Below, piece by piece: positions 31,024-40,573 of a DNA stretch of 64,000 nucleotides. The translations under genes were made by a program, and so were the position numbers. A model generated the notes under the pieces. That model was given only the letters and a program-made list of their open reading frames with translations, made no database searches and was not told where the DNA came from. Within the stretch, counting starts at the first letter, position 1. Each line of letters opens with the position of its first letter. Origin of the DNA: Myxococcota bacterium (GTDB taxonomy: Bacteria; Myxococcota_A; UBA796; SXON01); contig JAZKFH010000017.1 in the NCBI GenBank assembly GCA_040386535.1, positions 73,113 to 137,112 on the forward strand. Direction: 5' to 3'.

Positions 31024-33431
31024 TCGTCACAACCCGGGAGGTGCTCGGACTCGCCGATGTGCGCGTTCCAGATGATGAACCACGCGTCACGATCGGGGTT
31101 GCTCAAGGTGAGCTCCATCCGCGCGCCGGGCGGGAACGGTTCGTCGAAATACACACACTTGCGGCTGAACCCGCCGGTGGCCGGCAGCTCGACCTCGGCC
31201 TCGACCACCTGCTCCCGGTTTGGATCGGTCACCCGCACCTTCGCCACGATCGGCACGGCGGCGCGCTCGTCGTGCTCGGCGAGCAGGGAGATCCCCTCGA
31301 GGACGAGCAGGTCGGCGCCGAGGCGCAGCCGGTCGGAGGAGTTGCGCGCGGCCCAGGAGAGCTCGTCGCCCGGGTAGAGCCACGTCGCGCGGCCACACGC
31401 GCGCAGCGGGTCGAGTCGGACCCGGTACGGCCCCGCGGGCATGGTCTCGCCGGGTGGGGAGATCCGGAGGGTGTCCCCGAATTGGCCGAAGCCGCGCCGA
31501 ACCTTCCCGCGGAGCATGCCCTCGAGCAGGTGGGCCTCCGTGAGCCAGGCGTCGGGCGCGCTCTCGGGGGCGACCTGGAGCGGCGAGCAGGGGTAGTCGA
31601 TGCGGGTGCGGAGGGCATCGTCCGCGATCTGGCCGAGGCCGGGCACCGCGAGCGTGACGATGTCGCCGTCGGTGCCGGCCGCCCCGGTCGCGACGGCCGG
31701 CGGATCGACCGCCGCGACCACCGGGCTCACGAGGGGGGCGAGGGTCACCGCCGGCGCGCCCACCATGCGTCGCGAGCCGAGCGCGAGCTCGTCGATGACC
31801 AGCCACGTGTCGGCCCCGGCCGAGACGCCGATGGACCACGGCGCCGCGAGCGCGGGCACCTCGATCTCCGCCCGGTACAGGCGCCCTTCCGCTTCGAGGG
31901 GCACCTCTTTGTCGCCCACCCGCAGCGTCGCCGTGCTCCCCTTCACCAGTCGCGCGCTGACCGACACGCGGATCGCCCCGTCGACCACCGGGGCGTCGTA
32001 CCGCCACTCGGTCGTGGTGCCCGGGTACACCCACCAGACCACGTTCCCGCGCGCATCCTTCAGGCTCGGCTCGGTGGCGTACGCCATCGTCAGGCCGTCC
32101 GCGACCGGCGTCTCCGAGGGGGCGAAGATCGCGCCGAACTTGCGATGTTGCCAGCCGCCGACGCAGGTCTCGCCGAGGTCCCGCTCGGCGCTCCGCGGCA
32201 CCGGCGCGCCCGCGGCGTCGACCAGCACGAGCGGGCTCGAACGCCCGAAGCCGCCGGTCTGGAGCAGATCGTCGGAGAGGAAGGCGAAGTCGGGCATCGG
32301 CGCCTGGAACCCACACGCCCGCTTGGGAGCCGGAAGGAACGTCGGGGCCGGCACCGGCGGCGGCGTGCCGACGCGCACCACGGACGAGGCGAGCAGCACC
32401 GGGCGCGCCGGCGCCACCCCTCCCTCCAGGATCTTGGCCTCCTTCATCGCGGCGGCGAGCGCGGCGGTCACGGCGGCCTTGCCGCTGCCCGAGAGGTGGA
32501 TGTGGTCGCGCCAGGCGTCGAGGGGCAGGTCGATCCCTTGCAGATCGATGTAGCTGACGCCGCGCTGGTTCATCAGGTCGAGCGCCGCACCCTCTACCGC
32601 GGGGGCGAGCGAGTCCGTGTACCGGGTGCTCGCCGGCAGCGGGGCGCGCACGAACACCACGCGGGCGCCGTTCGCCTCGGCGACCGTGATGAGGTCGGGC
32701 AGGAGCGACTCCTCCGCGGTCACGTCGCTCGCGGTCATCGCGTGGCTGAAGGCGCGCTCGGCGACCGGCACGACCCGCGCCCCGCCCCCCTCGCGGAAGC
32801 GCGCGGTGCTCCCGAACATCGTCTCCAGCGCCGGATCGGCCACCCGCTTGCCCGCCGCGCGGACCCCATCGTCCGCCGGGGGCGCGAGCAGCGTGCCGAC
32901 GGCGAATTCACGAATGCCGGCGAGCAGCGCGTCGTGCGCCGCCGTCGCGTTGCGCCGCATCAGCCCGAGCGGGCCCGTGCTGTTGCGGAGCACCTTCCGG
33001 CTGATCACCTCGCTCGGCGCGTCCATCTGCCCTTCCAGCCGCTTGCCCTCGCCCGCGGAGTCGGCCTCCACGCGGAGCATCGCCGCGAGCTGGCCGTACA
33101 CGATCACGATCTCGGGGCGGTGGCCGTTGGCGAACACGCGCTGCTCGAGGATGGCGTACCAGGCAGGCGCGCTGGAGCCGGCCACGAGCACGGTGAGGAT
33201 CGGGCGTTGGTAGCCGAGCGACTTCTTGAGAACCTGGGCGTCCACGTCCGACCGCGACTTCGAGTTGCCGACGATGAGGATGCCGGGCTGGGCGCGCTCG
33301 AGGGCCTCGTCATTGAGCGCGCCCTCGGGCGAGAGCTCGCGGATGGGCTCGGTGGTGAGCCAGGCGCCGGCGGCGAGCAAGACCAGGGCGGGGAACAGCA
33401 CAGCCGCGAGCGTCGGGAGCGAGAGGCGCAT
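31020..33431 (-). CDS. membrane-anchored SGNH-like acyltransferase partner with a long C-terminal extension
   Basis: N-terminal TM helix, IVGNSKS (catalytic Ser) and DHIHL (DxxH); overlaps the MBOAT gene start. Confidence 0.65.
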   Translation of the reverse strand: MRLSLPTLAAVLFPALVLLAAGAWLTTEPIRELSPEGALNDEALERAQPGILIVGNSKSRSDVDAQVLKKSLGYQRPILTVLVAGSSAPAWYAILEQRVFANGHRPEIVIVYGQLAAMLRVEADSAGEGKRLEGQMDAPSEVISRKVLRNSTGPLGLMRRNATAAHDALLAGIREFAVGTLLAPPADDGVRAAGKRVADPALETMFGSTARFREGGGARVVPVAERAFSHAMTASDVTAEESLLPDLITVAEANGARVVFVRAPLPASTRYTDSLAPAVEGAALDLMNQRGVSYIDLQGIDLPLDAWRDHIHLSGSGKAAVTAALAAAMKEAKILEGGVAPARPVLLASSVVRVGTPPPVPAPTFLPAPKRACGFQAPMPDFAFLSDDLLQTGGFGRSSPLVLVDAAGAPVPRSAERDLGETCVGGWQHRKFGAIFAPSETPVADGLTMAYATEPSLKDARGNVVWWVYPGTTTEWRYDAPVVDGAIRVSVSARLVKGSTATLRVGDKEVPLEAEGRLYRAEIEVPALAAPWSIGVSAGADTWLVIDELALGSRRMVGAPAVTLAPLVSPVVAAVDPPAVATGAAGTDGDIVTLAVPGLGQIADDALRTRIDYPCSPLQVAPESAPDAWLTEAHLLEGMLRGKVRRGFGQFGDTLRISPPGETMPAGPYRVRLDPLRACGRATWLYPGDELSWAARNSSDRLRLGADLLVLEGISLLAEHDERAAVPIVAKVRVTDPNREQVVEAEVELPATGGFSRKCVYFDEPFPPGARMELTLSNPDRDAWFIIWNAHIGESEHLPGCDE

Positions 33432-33528
33432 CCGCCTATGCTACCGCGTGCCACGCGAGGCGCCACGTTTCGGCCGCCCGCCGTGCGCGTGGGAGGCTGG
33501 TGTGTCACGTCCGGCTCGGGGTTGGGTG

Positions 33529-34452
33529 TCACAACCCGCGCGATCGCTCCGGCCGCAACGGGATCGTCCCGGCGAGCGCGCGATCGATGGTCGCGACGAT
33601 CCGATCGGCGTCCTCGGGCAGGCGGCCGCCAAGCGGCAGGTAGTTGCTGGCGTGGTTGGTGCGGAACACCGCGTTCGTCGGGCGCGCCTCGGCCACGAGC
33701 GTACGCAGCTCGCCGAGCAGCCCGTCCACGCCCGGCAACGTGAAGCCGATCCGCTCGGCGGTGCGGGCGAGCGGCGTGCCGGGCACCAGCGTGAGCGTGA
33801 GCGCGGAGAGGTAGTCCGGGTCCATCGCCGTCGCGAGCCGCGCGCTGCCGTGCGCGTGTTCGGCCGACCGCTCGACCCCGCCGGCCCCGAGCAGGAAGAT
33901 CGCCGAGAGCCGCAGCCCCGCCGCGCGCGCCTTCTTCGCGGCGGCCACGTGGGCGTCGAACAGGTAGTCGCTGTCTCGGGGGGCCAGGGTGCCGGCGTTG
34001 TCGATCGGGCGGGCGCCCTTGGCGATGCGCCGCATCGTGAGCTCGTCGCCGCTCTCCGGCCCGATGTAGAGCAGCGTCAGCCCGTGCGCGCGCAGGGTGC
34101 GCAGCTCCTCGTCGGACTTGGCGAGGATGTTGGCCGCCGTCGCGTAGCAGCTCACCTGGCCGAGCGCTGGGAACAGCCGCCGCGCGGTGTCGAGGATGGG
34201 CAGCCAGTGGTCGAGATCGAGCACCAGCGCGTCGCCGTCGGCCACGAACACCTTCTCCACGTCCCCGCCGAACCGCGCGGCGGCGAGCGCCAGGTCCTCC
34301 AGCGTCTCCGCGAGCGGCCGCACCCGAAACACCGGCTTGTCCCGGTACATGTCACAGTACGTGCAGTTGTTCCACGAGCAGCCGATCGTCGCCTGGACGA
34401 TGTAGCTCCGCGCCTCGGAGGGCGGACGGTAGATCTTGCCGACGTAGCGCAT
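33529..34452 (-). CDS. radical SAM protein
   Basis: YRPPSEARS, GCSWNNCTYC (CxxxCxxC), YIGPESG, FRTNHASNYL. Confidence 0.92.
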   Translation of the reverse strand: MRYVGKIYRPPSEARSYIVQATIGCSWNNCTYCDMYRDKPVFRVRPLAETLEDLALAAARFGGDVEKVFVADGDALVLDLDHWLPILDTARRLFPALGQVSCYATAANILAKSDEELRTLRAHGLTLLYIGPESGDELTMRRIAKGARPIDNAGTLAPRDSDYLFDAHVAAAKKARAAGLRLSAIFLLGAGGVERSAEHAHGSARLATAMDPDYLSALTLTLVPGTPLARTAERIGFTLPGVDGLLGELRTLVAEARPTNAVFRTNHASNYLPLGGRLPEDADRIVATIDRALAGTIPLRPERSRGL

Positions 34453-34499
34453 GGCGAACCGTAGCCGCGCCCCGCCCCCAAAGCGAACAGGGCCCCTCC

Positions 34500-35159
34500 C
34501 TACGAAGGCGCTGCTCCTCGGCAGACGGCCGCCTCCGACTCCAAACGCTCGGCCAGGGGCACGTCTTCCAGCGCCCGTGCCAGCTCGGCGCGCGCGGAGA
34601 GCGCCTCCGCGCGGTCGAGCGGGGACTCGTCTCCCACGCGCGCGAGCGCAGTGTCGAGGGCCTTGGCGGCGGCGAGGTCGTCGTTGTGGAAGTCGCGCAG
34701 CCGGGCGGCGAGCCGGATGGCGCGTTGCAGCGGGGTGAGGCTCGGGTCCTTGTAGGCCTGGGCGTCCTCTTCGTCCTGAGCGCCGTACTTGATGAAGATG
34801 ACGGAGTTGCCGTTCGGGTCGGTGAGCGTGAAGCGCGACTGACCGGGCCGCATGCGCGAGATCCGCGGGAGACCCTTGGCAGGCGAACGACCCAGCGCCT
34901 GGCGAAGGCGCTCCGCGAATTCGGCGTGCAGGTTCTCGACCTCGGGCATCATCACGAGGCAGGTGCTGAACGCCGCGGCGGGATCCAGCCCCTTCATGCC
35001 GAAGAAGTGCAGCTCGTACCCGTCTCGCGCCACCACGCCGTAGGCGCTGGGTGCCTTCTGGCGGTACGTGACCACGAAGCCGAGGGCCACCCACAACGCA
35101 AGGGTGTCGTCGAGCGAAACGCAGGGGAGCGCCGGGATGGTCTTGGGGGCGGAATGCAT
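34500..35159 (-). CDS. VOC/glyoxalase/bleomycin-resistance family protein with a helical C-terminus
   Basis: TIPALPC, ALGFVV, ELHFF, FTLTDPNGNSVIF. Confidence 0.8.
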   Translation of the reverse strand: MHSAPKTIPALPCVSLDDTLALWVALGFVVTYRQKAPSAYGVVARDGYELHFFGMKGLDPAAAFSTCLVMMPEVENLHAEFAERLRQALGRSPAKGLPRISRMRPGQSRFTLTDPNGNSVIFIKYGAQDEEDAQAYKDPSLTPLQRAIRLAARLRDFHNDDLAAAKALDTALARVGDESPLDRAEALSARAELARALEDVPLAERLESEAAVCRGAAPS

Positions 35160-35236
35160 GAGCCGGTGTATGACGGGAGCCCCGCCGAGGTAGCGCATCT
35201 CGCCCCCTCCGGTGTCTCACCCGCCGAGGATCCACC

Positions 35237-35956
35237 ATGCACCGCGCCCATCTCATCGTCACCGCGTCCATACTCGCCCTCACCGCCTGCGCCGCCCCCA
35301 CCGAGGTCGAAGAGGGCGAGGAGTCGGTCACGGACGCCGTCTCGGGCGTCACGGTCGACGGCGGCGCGGGCGACCTGCGCGTCACCGGCTCGTCCACGGC
35401 CACCGGGGCCGAGCTGCGCTGGCGCATGACGTGGTCGAACGAGCGCCCCACGCTGACACAAGCGCAACAGGACGGCGTGTGGGTGATCCGCACCGACTGC
35501 CCGATCCAGCTCGTGTGCCTCATCGATCTCGACCTCACCGTGCCCGCCGCGGTCGACGCGGTGCTCGCGGTCGGCTCCGGCGACACGGTCGTGCGCGATC
35601 TCTCCGGCCGGGTGGACCTCTCCGCCGGCAGCGGCGACATGCTGCTCGACGCGCTCTCGGGCCAGGCCCACGTCGACATCGGCTCGGGCGACCTCACCGG
35701 GACCGCGCTCGTCGCCCCCCTCACCGTGCTCGTGGGCTCCGGCGACCTCGACCTCGCGTTCGACGCGCCCGCCGAGGTCGACCTCGCCGCCGGCTCCGGC
35801 GACATCGGCCTCACCGTGCCCGCGGGCGCCTACGCCGTGTCGGTCGAGACGGGCTCCGGCGACGTGTCGGTGTCCGGCATCGAGGACACCGCGGGCGGCG
35901 TCGCGCTGATCGTGCAGACCGGGTCGGGAGACGTGACGATCGGCGCCACGCCGTGA
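35237..35956 (+). CDS. DUF4097-type beta-strand-repeat lipoprotein
   Basis: LTAC lipobox; repeated GSGD motifs. Confidence 0.85.
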   Translation: MHRAHLIVTASILALTACAAPTEVEEGEESVTDAVSGVTVDGGAGDLRVTGSSTATGAELRWRMTWSNERPTLTQAQQDGVWVIRTDCPIQLVCLIDLDLTVPAAVDAVLAVGSGDTVVRDLSGRVDLSAGSGDMLLDALSGQAHVDIGSGDLTGTALVAPLTVLVGSGDLDLAFDAPAEVDLAAGSGDIGLTVPAGAYAVSVETGSGDVSVSGIEDTAGGVALIVQTGSGDVTIGATP

Positions 35957-36042
35957 TCCTGGCGTGACGAGGGCGCCGTGCCCCCGACGCCCGGCGGGCC
36001 CGCCGCGATAGCAGGCCCGCACGCCCCACCCGGATTGAATCG

Positions 36043-36621
36043 ATGTCGACCAACAAGACCTCCCCCGACGAGCCCACCGCGGAGGATCCGGCGGGCCTGT
36101 CGGGCGAGGCGGCGCCCGAAGAGCGCGCCAAGCGCCTCGTGCGCAGCGAACATCGCGCGGCGATGATGGATCTCAAAGCCCTCGGGAACCGCCTCGCGAA
36201 GCTGCCGCAGAGCCGCCGGCGCACCCTGCCGCTCGACGAGCGGCTCCAGGACGAGCTCGATCAGCTCGCCGCCGCCGGCCAGATGCAGCACCGCCGCCGC
36301 CTGCTGATGCGGGTCAAGCTGATGCTCGGCTCGGTCGACCTCGACCGGCTCGCCGCCGTGCTCGGGGGCGACACCGACCAGGCCGCGCTCGAGCGCGTGA
36401 TGCAGCACTGGCGCACCCGCATCCTCGCGGGTGACGACGCCGTGCTCCAGGCCTTCATCGAGGCCTACCCGGCCGCCGATCGCCAGGCCCTGCGCACCGC
36501 GGTCCGCGATTCGCGGCGCGAGGGCCCCGCGGCGGCGCGGGCGTCCTATCGCCTGCTGCAGCTCCTCCGCGAAGCCGCGGCCGTGGTACCCGAGCCGGAT
36601 CCGCCGCCCGACGCCGAGTGA
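36043..36621 (+). CDS. DUF615/YjgA (DarP)-like ribosome-associated protein
   Basis: LKALGNRLAKL, WRTRILAGDD, FIEAYPAADRQALR, YRLLQLL. Confidence 0.8.
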   Translation: MSTNKTSPDEPTAEDPAGLSGEAAPEERAKRLVRSEHRAAMMDLKALGNRLAKLPQSRRRTLPLDERLQDELDQLAAAGQMQHRRRLLMRVKLMLGSVDLDRLAAVLGGDTDQAALERVMQHWRTRILAGDDAVLQAFIEAYPAADRQALRTAVRDSRREGPAAARASYRLLQLLREAAAVVPEPDPPPDAE

Positions 36622-36734
36622 GCGGCCGAGGGCGCGATCGCACCGCCGGGTGGTAGCCGCCACGCCAACGGTGTTTATCCACGCCTGCCCGCGTCCCCGC
36701 GCGGAGCCGCCCCCTCCTCTCCCCGGAGTCCCCG

Positions 36735-37337
36735 ATGAAGCTCTATCTCTCCCCCGGCGCCTGCTCGCTCTCCCCCCACATCGTCCTGCACGAGGCGGGC
36801 CTCGCGCACGACACCGAGAAGGTCGATCTGCGCGCGAAGACCACCTCGAGCGGCGCCAACTTCAAGGAGATCAACCCGAAGGGCCAGGTCCCCACGCTCC
36901 AGCTCGACGACGGCGAGATCCTCACCGAGGGCGCCGTGATCGTGCAGTACCTGGCCGACCTCGCGCCGGGCACCGATCTGGCGCCCCCCGCCGGCACGCG
37001 CGAGCGCTACCGCCTCCAGGAGTGGCTCAACTACATCGCCGCCGAGGTGCACAAGTCCTACTCGCCCCTGTTCCGCCCCCTCACGGACGAGCAGGGCGCC
37101 GCCGCCCGCGCGCACATCCTCACGCGCGTCGCCCACATCGACACGGTGCTGGCCGACCGCACGTGGCTCATGGGTGACACGTTCACGGTGGCCGACGCGT
37201 ACCTCTTCACGGTGCTCAATTGGAGCCGCATGGCGAAGGTCGACCTGTCGCCCTACGCCAACGTCACCGCCTACCAGGGCCGCGTGGCGGAGCGCCCCAG
37301 CGTCCAGAAGGCCATGGTAGCGGAAGGGCTCGCGTAG
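36735..37337 (+). CDS. gstA: glutathione S-transferase (beta class)
   Basis: MKLYLSPGACSLSPHIVL, NPKGQVPTL, LTEGAVIVQYL, FTVADAYLF. Confidence 0.93.
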   Translation: MKLYLSPGACSLSPHIVLHEAGLAHDTEKVDLRAKTTSSGANFKEINPKGQVPTLQLDDGEILTEGAVIVQYLADLAPGTDLAPPAGTRERYRLQEWLNYIAAEVHKSYSPLFRPLTDEQGAAARAHILTRVAHIDTVLADRTWLMGDTFTVADAYLFTVLNWSRMAKVDLSPYANVTAYQGRVAERPSVQKAMVAEGLA

Positions 37338-37417
37338 GACCGGATCGGTCGATTCGGGGCGGCCCGGCGGCCGCGGACGGCCGCCGTCGGCACGCTCCGG
37401 GCTCGGCATCCTGCCTC

Positions 37418-37473
37418 GGTCCGCCGGCGCGCGGCGCGCCGGCGGGACCGGCCGGGCAGGGCCCGGCCGCCCT
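37418..37473 (+). repeat. GC-rich intergenic repeat, family C
   Basis: GGTCCGCCGGCG...CGCCGGCGGGACCGGCCG...GGCCGCCCT; lies between convergent genes. Confidence 0.55.
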
Positions 37474-37502
37474 GCGCGCGCCTGCCGCGGGGCAGCGGCC
37501 TG

Positions 37503-39122
37503 TCACCACCCGTAGGCGTACAACGTCCCCGCGATCCGCCCCTCCACGGCGTCCCCGGCGGCGCTCCCCGCCACATCCAACGTCACGCTCCCCTCCGCCA
37601 CGTAGGCCGCGAGCGTCGGCTCCGACGTGCCGTCCGAGGCGAGCAGGACCCCCACCACGTCGACAAAGTCGAAGGGGATCGTGCCGGGCGCCAGCTGGTC
37701 GACCGGAAACCAGGCGTAGGTGACGAACGTGCCGCCGTCGGCCGTCGACGCGCCGGCCGCGAGGATCGCCGTCTCGCCCTGGGCGCCCGCCACCGCGCCC
37801 GCGGGGGTGACCGGCACGGCCTCGCCGTCCCACGTGAGCGCCATCGTCATGGCCCCGGTGGTCCACGGGGTCTGGTCGAGCGTGCCCCAGGTGGTGGCGA
37901 AGGTCGTCGCGATCGTGCCACGCTCGACGAAGCAGGGCGGATCGCGGAGGGCGCCGGTCCAGCCCGTCGGGTCCGCATCCAACGCCGCGCGGAGCGTGTC
38001 CTCGCGGCCCGACACGATGCTTCGGAGCGCGCGCACGTCGGTGCGGAAGGCCTCTCCCTGCCAGGGCTCGGCGAGGCTGGCCAGGCGGCCCACCTCGGCG
38101 CCCCGCTCGTCGCCCTCCCACACCTCGTCGAGCAGCGTCTCGAGGCGCGCGCGGTAGGCCTCCTCCCCGCCGGGCGCCAGCAGGACGGCTTGTGCGAGCG
38201 CCGAGTTGGCCGCCACCCAGCCCGCGCCGAAGGGTTCCTCCCGATCCAGCACGGCGTCGGCGCCCCACGGGATGAACCGGATCCGGCCCGTCGCGGGGTC
38301 GTCGTAGACGAAGAAGTTGTTGGTGTTCGCATCGTAGCCGTCCCACTGGCCCACGATCACCTCGGCGGCCCAATAGGAAAGGTAGGCGTCGAGGTCCACC
38401 ACGGCGGCGATGGCGTCGAGATCGCCGCTCTCGATGGCCTCCCGCACACGATCGAGGGCGGTCACGTCGGAGGTGTCCGTCTTCGCGTCGAAGGTGGTGC
38501 TCCATCCGTCCCGGAAATCGCTCAGCGTGCCCTCGAAGAGGCCCCCGTCCGGCGAGAGGCCCTGCCGTGACAGGAACGCCTCGTCGACCGGCTCCACGTT
38601 GGCGTACACGCCGAGATCCTCGCCGTTCACCGTCACGTGGGCGAGCGTGCAGCGCGGGGCCGGCACCCCCGCCGCGGTGTAGGTCCCGTATGCGAGGCAG
38701 GTGCGCAGCCCGGTGGGGTCCTCGTGCCCGTTGTTGAGCGTGAGCCGGGTGACACCGCCCAGGTTCGTGTCACTCCCAAACCGGCCGAGGTCGACCTTGA
38801 GCGACGGGCGCACCGTGTCGAGCGAGCCGAGGAACCCCTTCTTGCGCACACCCACCGAGCCGAGCGCGACGCCATCCACCGTCGCCTCGCCCACGAACCA
38901 GTCGAACGGGCTGTCGAAGGGCTGCGCGAGACAATCGCCGTTGTACGTGTCCCAGACGCTGCGGGTCTGGTGGCGGAGCGCCTCCCACTCCGCCGCGGGA
39001 AGCGTCAGCACCACGTCCAACACGCGCGTGTCGTCGTAGACCGAGGGGCTGCTGTCCTCGGGCACGGTGTCCCCAGGGGCGTCTCCGCCTCCGGGGGCAC
39101 AACCGAGGAGCAGCAGCAACAC
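37503..39122 (-). CDS. CotH kinase-family lipoprotein
   Basis: LLLGC lipobox, VGVRKKG, SLKVD, LTLNN, GVYANVE, WDGY..NTNNFFVY, FIPWGAD. Confidence 0.88.
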   Translation of the reverse strand: MLLLLLGCAPGGGDAPGDTVPEDSSPSVYDDTRVLDVVLTLPAAEWEALRHQTRSVWDTYNGDCLAQPFDSPFDWFVGEATVDGVALGSVGVRKKGFLGSLDTVRPSLKVDLGRFGSDTNLGGVTRLTLNNGHEDPTGLRTCLAYGTYTAAGVPAPRCTLAHVTVNGEDLGVYANVEPVDEAFLSRQGLSPDGGLFEGTLSDFRDGWSTTFDAKTDTSDVTALDRVREAIESGDLDAIAAVVDLDAYLSYWAAEVIVGQWDGYDANTNNFFVYDDPATGRIRFIPWGADAVLDREEPFGAGWVAANSALAQAVLLAPGGEEAYRARLETLLDEVWEGDERGAEVGRLASLAEPWQGEAFRTDVRALRSIVSGREDTLRAALDADPTGWTGALRDPPCFVERGTIATTFATTWGTLDQTPWTTGAMTMALTWDGEAVPVTPAGAVAGAQGETAILAAGASTADGGTFVTYAWFPVDQLAPGTIPFDFVDVVGVLLASDGTSEPTLAAYVAEGSVTLDVAGSAAGDAVEGRIAGTLYAYGW

Positions 39123-39128
39123 GCGGGC

Positions 39129-40223
39129 CTACGGGACGGTGACGAACGTGGTGTCGAGGGTCACCGCGCCGACGCTGGCGAGCAGCCGGCCGTCGACCGT
39201 GACGCCCGTCCCCGTCGTGATGGACTGATCCGCCAGGATGGTGCCGACAAAATCGGTGCCCGTCCCGAGCGTGGCCGACGTCCCGACCTGCCAGTACACG
39301 TTGGCGCCGTCCGCACATCCGGACAGGATCAGGTCCGCGCCCGAGCTCGTGGTCAGCGCGGTGCCCACCTGGAAGATCCAGGTGGAATTGGGATCCCCAC
39401 CCCCGTCGAGCGTCAGGTTCGCGGAGGTGATCTGGAGGGTGGTGGTCGCCGAGTAGATTCCGGGCGCGAGCGTCAGCCCGCTGATGTCGGCGGGAAGCGG
39501 GGTGGCACCCGCGCGCGTGGCCGCGTCGGTGTAGGCGGCGGAGAGGTCGGCCTTGGCGTCGGCGGCGGTCGCGTCGGAGATGAGCGTGACACCCACGACG
39601 AGGCCCGGCGGGAAGCCCGTGACCGAGGTTCCGGGGCTAAGCCCGAGGTCGCCGGTGACGATCGTTGCCCCGGTGTTCGTCACCGTCGAGCCGGCGAGCA
39701 CCGCGAAGTCGGCGGCGGTGAGCAGCTCCAGGCCCATGGCGTCCGGGGTACCGCTCAGGCACTCTCCGGTGTCCGCGCCGGTGTCGATGTCGGTATCGGT
39801 GTCCGTGTCCGTATCGGTGTCCGCATCCGTATCGGTGTCCGTGTCCGTGTCCGTGTCCGTGTCCGTGTCCGTATCGGTGTCGGTGTCGGTATCGGTATCG
39901 GTATCGGCATCGGTATCGGTATCGGTATCGGTGTCGGTGTCGGTGTCGGTGTCGGTATCGGTGTCCGTATCGGTATCCGTCTCGGTGTCGCCCGAGTCAG
40001 CGCCCGTGTCCGTGTCGGTGGGCGAGCCGTCGATGTCGGTGTCGTACGTGCTGCCGGTGTCGGTCGCGGTGAAGTAGGACGCGGCCACGGCGCCGAGGCG
40101 TTGGTCGCTCACCACCACGCCCGACGGGGAGCCGGTATCCGCGGCGGGCTCGTCGAACTTCGGGGAGCAGGCAGCGAGCAGGGCGACCAGGACCAGCGGC
40201 GAGACGATCTGCACGCGGTACAT
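39129..40223 (-). CDS. DUF3494 ice-binding-like lipoprotein with a long Asp-Thr linker
   Basis: LLAAC lipobox, DT tract, FAVLAGSTVTNTG..GDLGLSPGT, LTLAPGIY, WIFQV, NVYWQVG, GRLLA. Confidence 0.9.
   Translation of the reverse strand: MYRVQIVSPLVLVALLAACSPKFDEPAADTGSPSGVVVSDQRLGAVAASYFTATDTGSTYDTDIDGSPTDTDTGADSGDTETDTDTDTDTDTDTDTDTDTDTDTDADTDTDTDTDTDTDTDTDTDTDTDTDTDADTDTDTDTDTDIDTGADTGECLSGTPDAMGLELLTAADFAVLAGSTVTNTGATIVTGDLGLSPGTSVTGFPPGLVVGVTLISDATAADAKADLSAAYTDAATRAGATPLPADISGLTLAPGIYSATTTLQITSANLTLDGGGDPNSTWIFQVGTALTTSSGADLILSGCADGANVYWQVGTSATLGTGTDFVGTILADQSITTGTGVTVDGRLLASVGAVTLDTTFVTVP
39780..39990 (-). repeat. coding hexamer repeat (DT)n
   Basis: GTGTCC/GTATCG/GTGTCG units. Confidence 0.9.
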
Positions 40224-40573
40224 GTCACCGCGGACTGACGACGATGCCGAGGCTTGGCGGATCGAGATGCTCATATGACTGCTCCTGTCAAAGTACAGCA
40301 GGTACGCCATGTGCCGCTCAGTTGCGGCGCGATTTGGACGTTCCCGGTCTGTCTCTTCTCCGGACCTAAGCAAGCCACGAGAACGCCGCCACTGACGACG
40401 ATCGGGGCCCGCACAAATGGTCACACCCCACGGCATCGTGCCCGCCGAGATCGTAGGGTGTCCGCTCCCACGATTCGGCTCGCCCTCACCCTTGTTTCTC
40501 ACCGTTGGTAACATCCGCAGACATCCATCGTCGTGAGAGAGGTTAGGCTCAATGACCGCGTCCTGGACACCGA

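Noticed and set aside
39553..40077. Poly-(Ser-Val) and poly-(Arg-His/Cys) ORFs here and near 13.9 kb
   Set aside because: Alternative-frame readings of the DT hexamer repeats.
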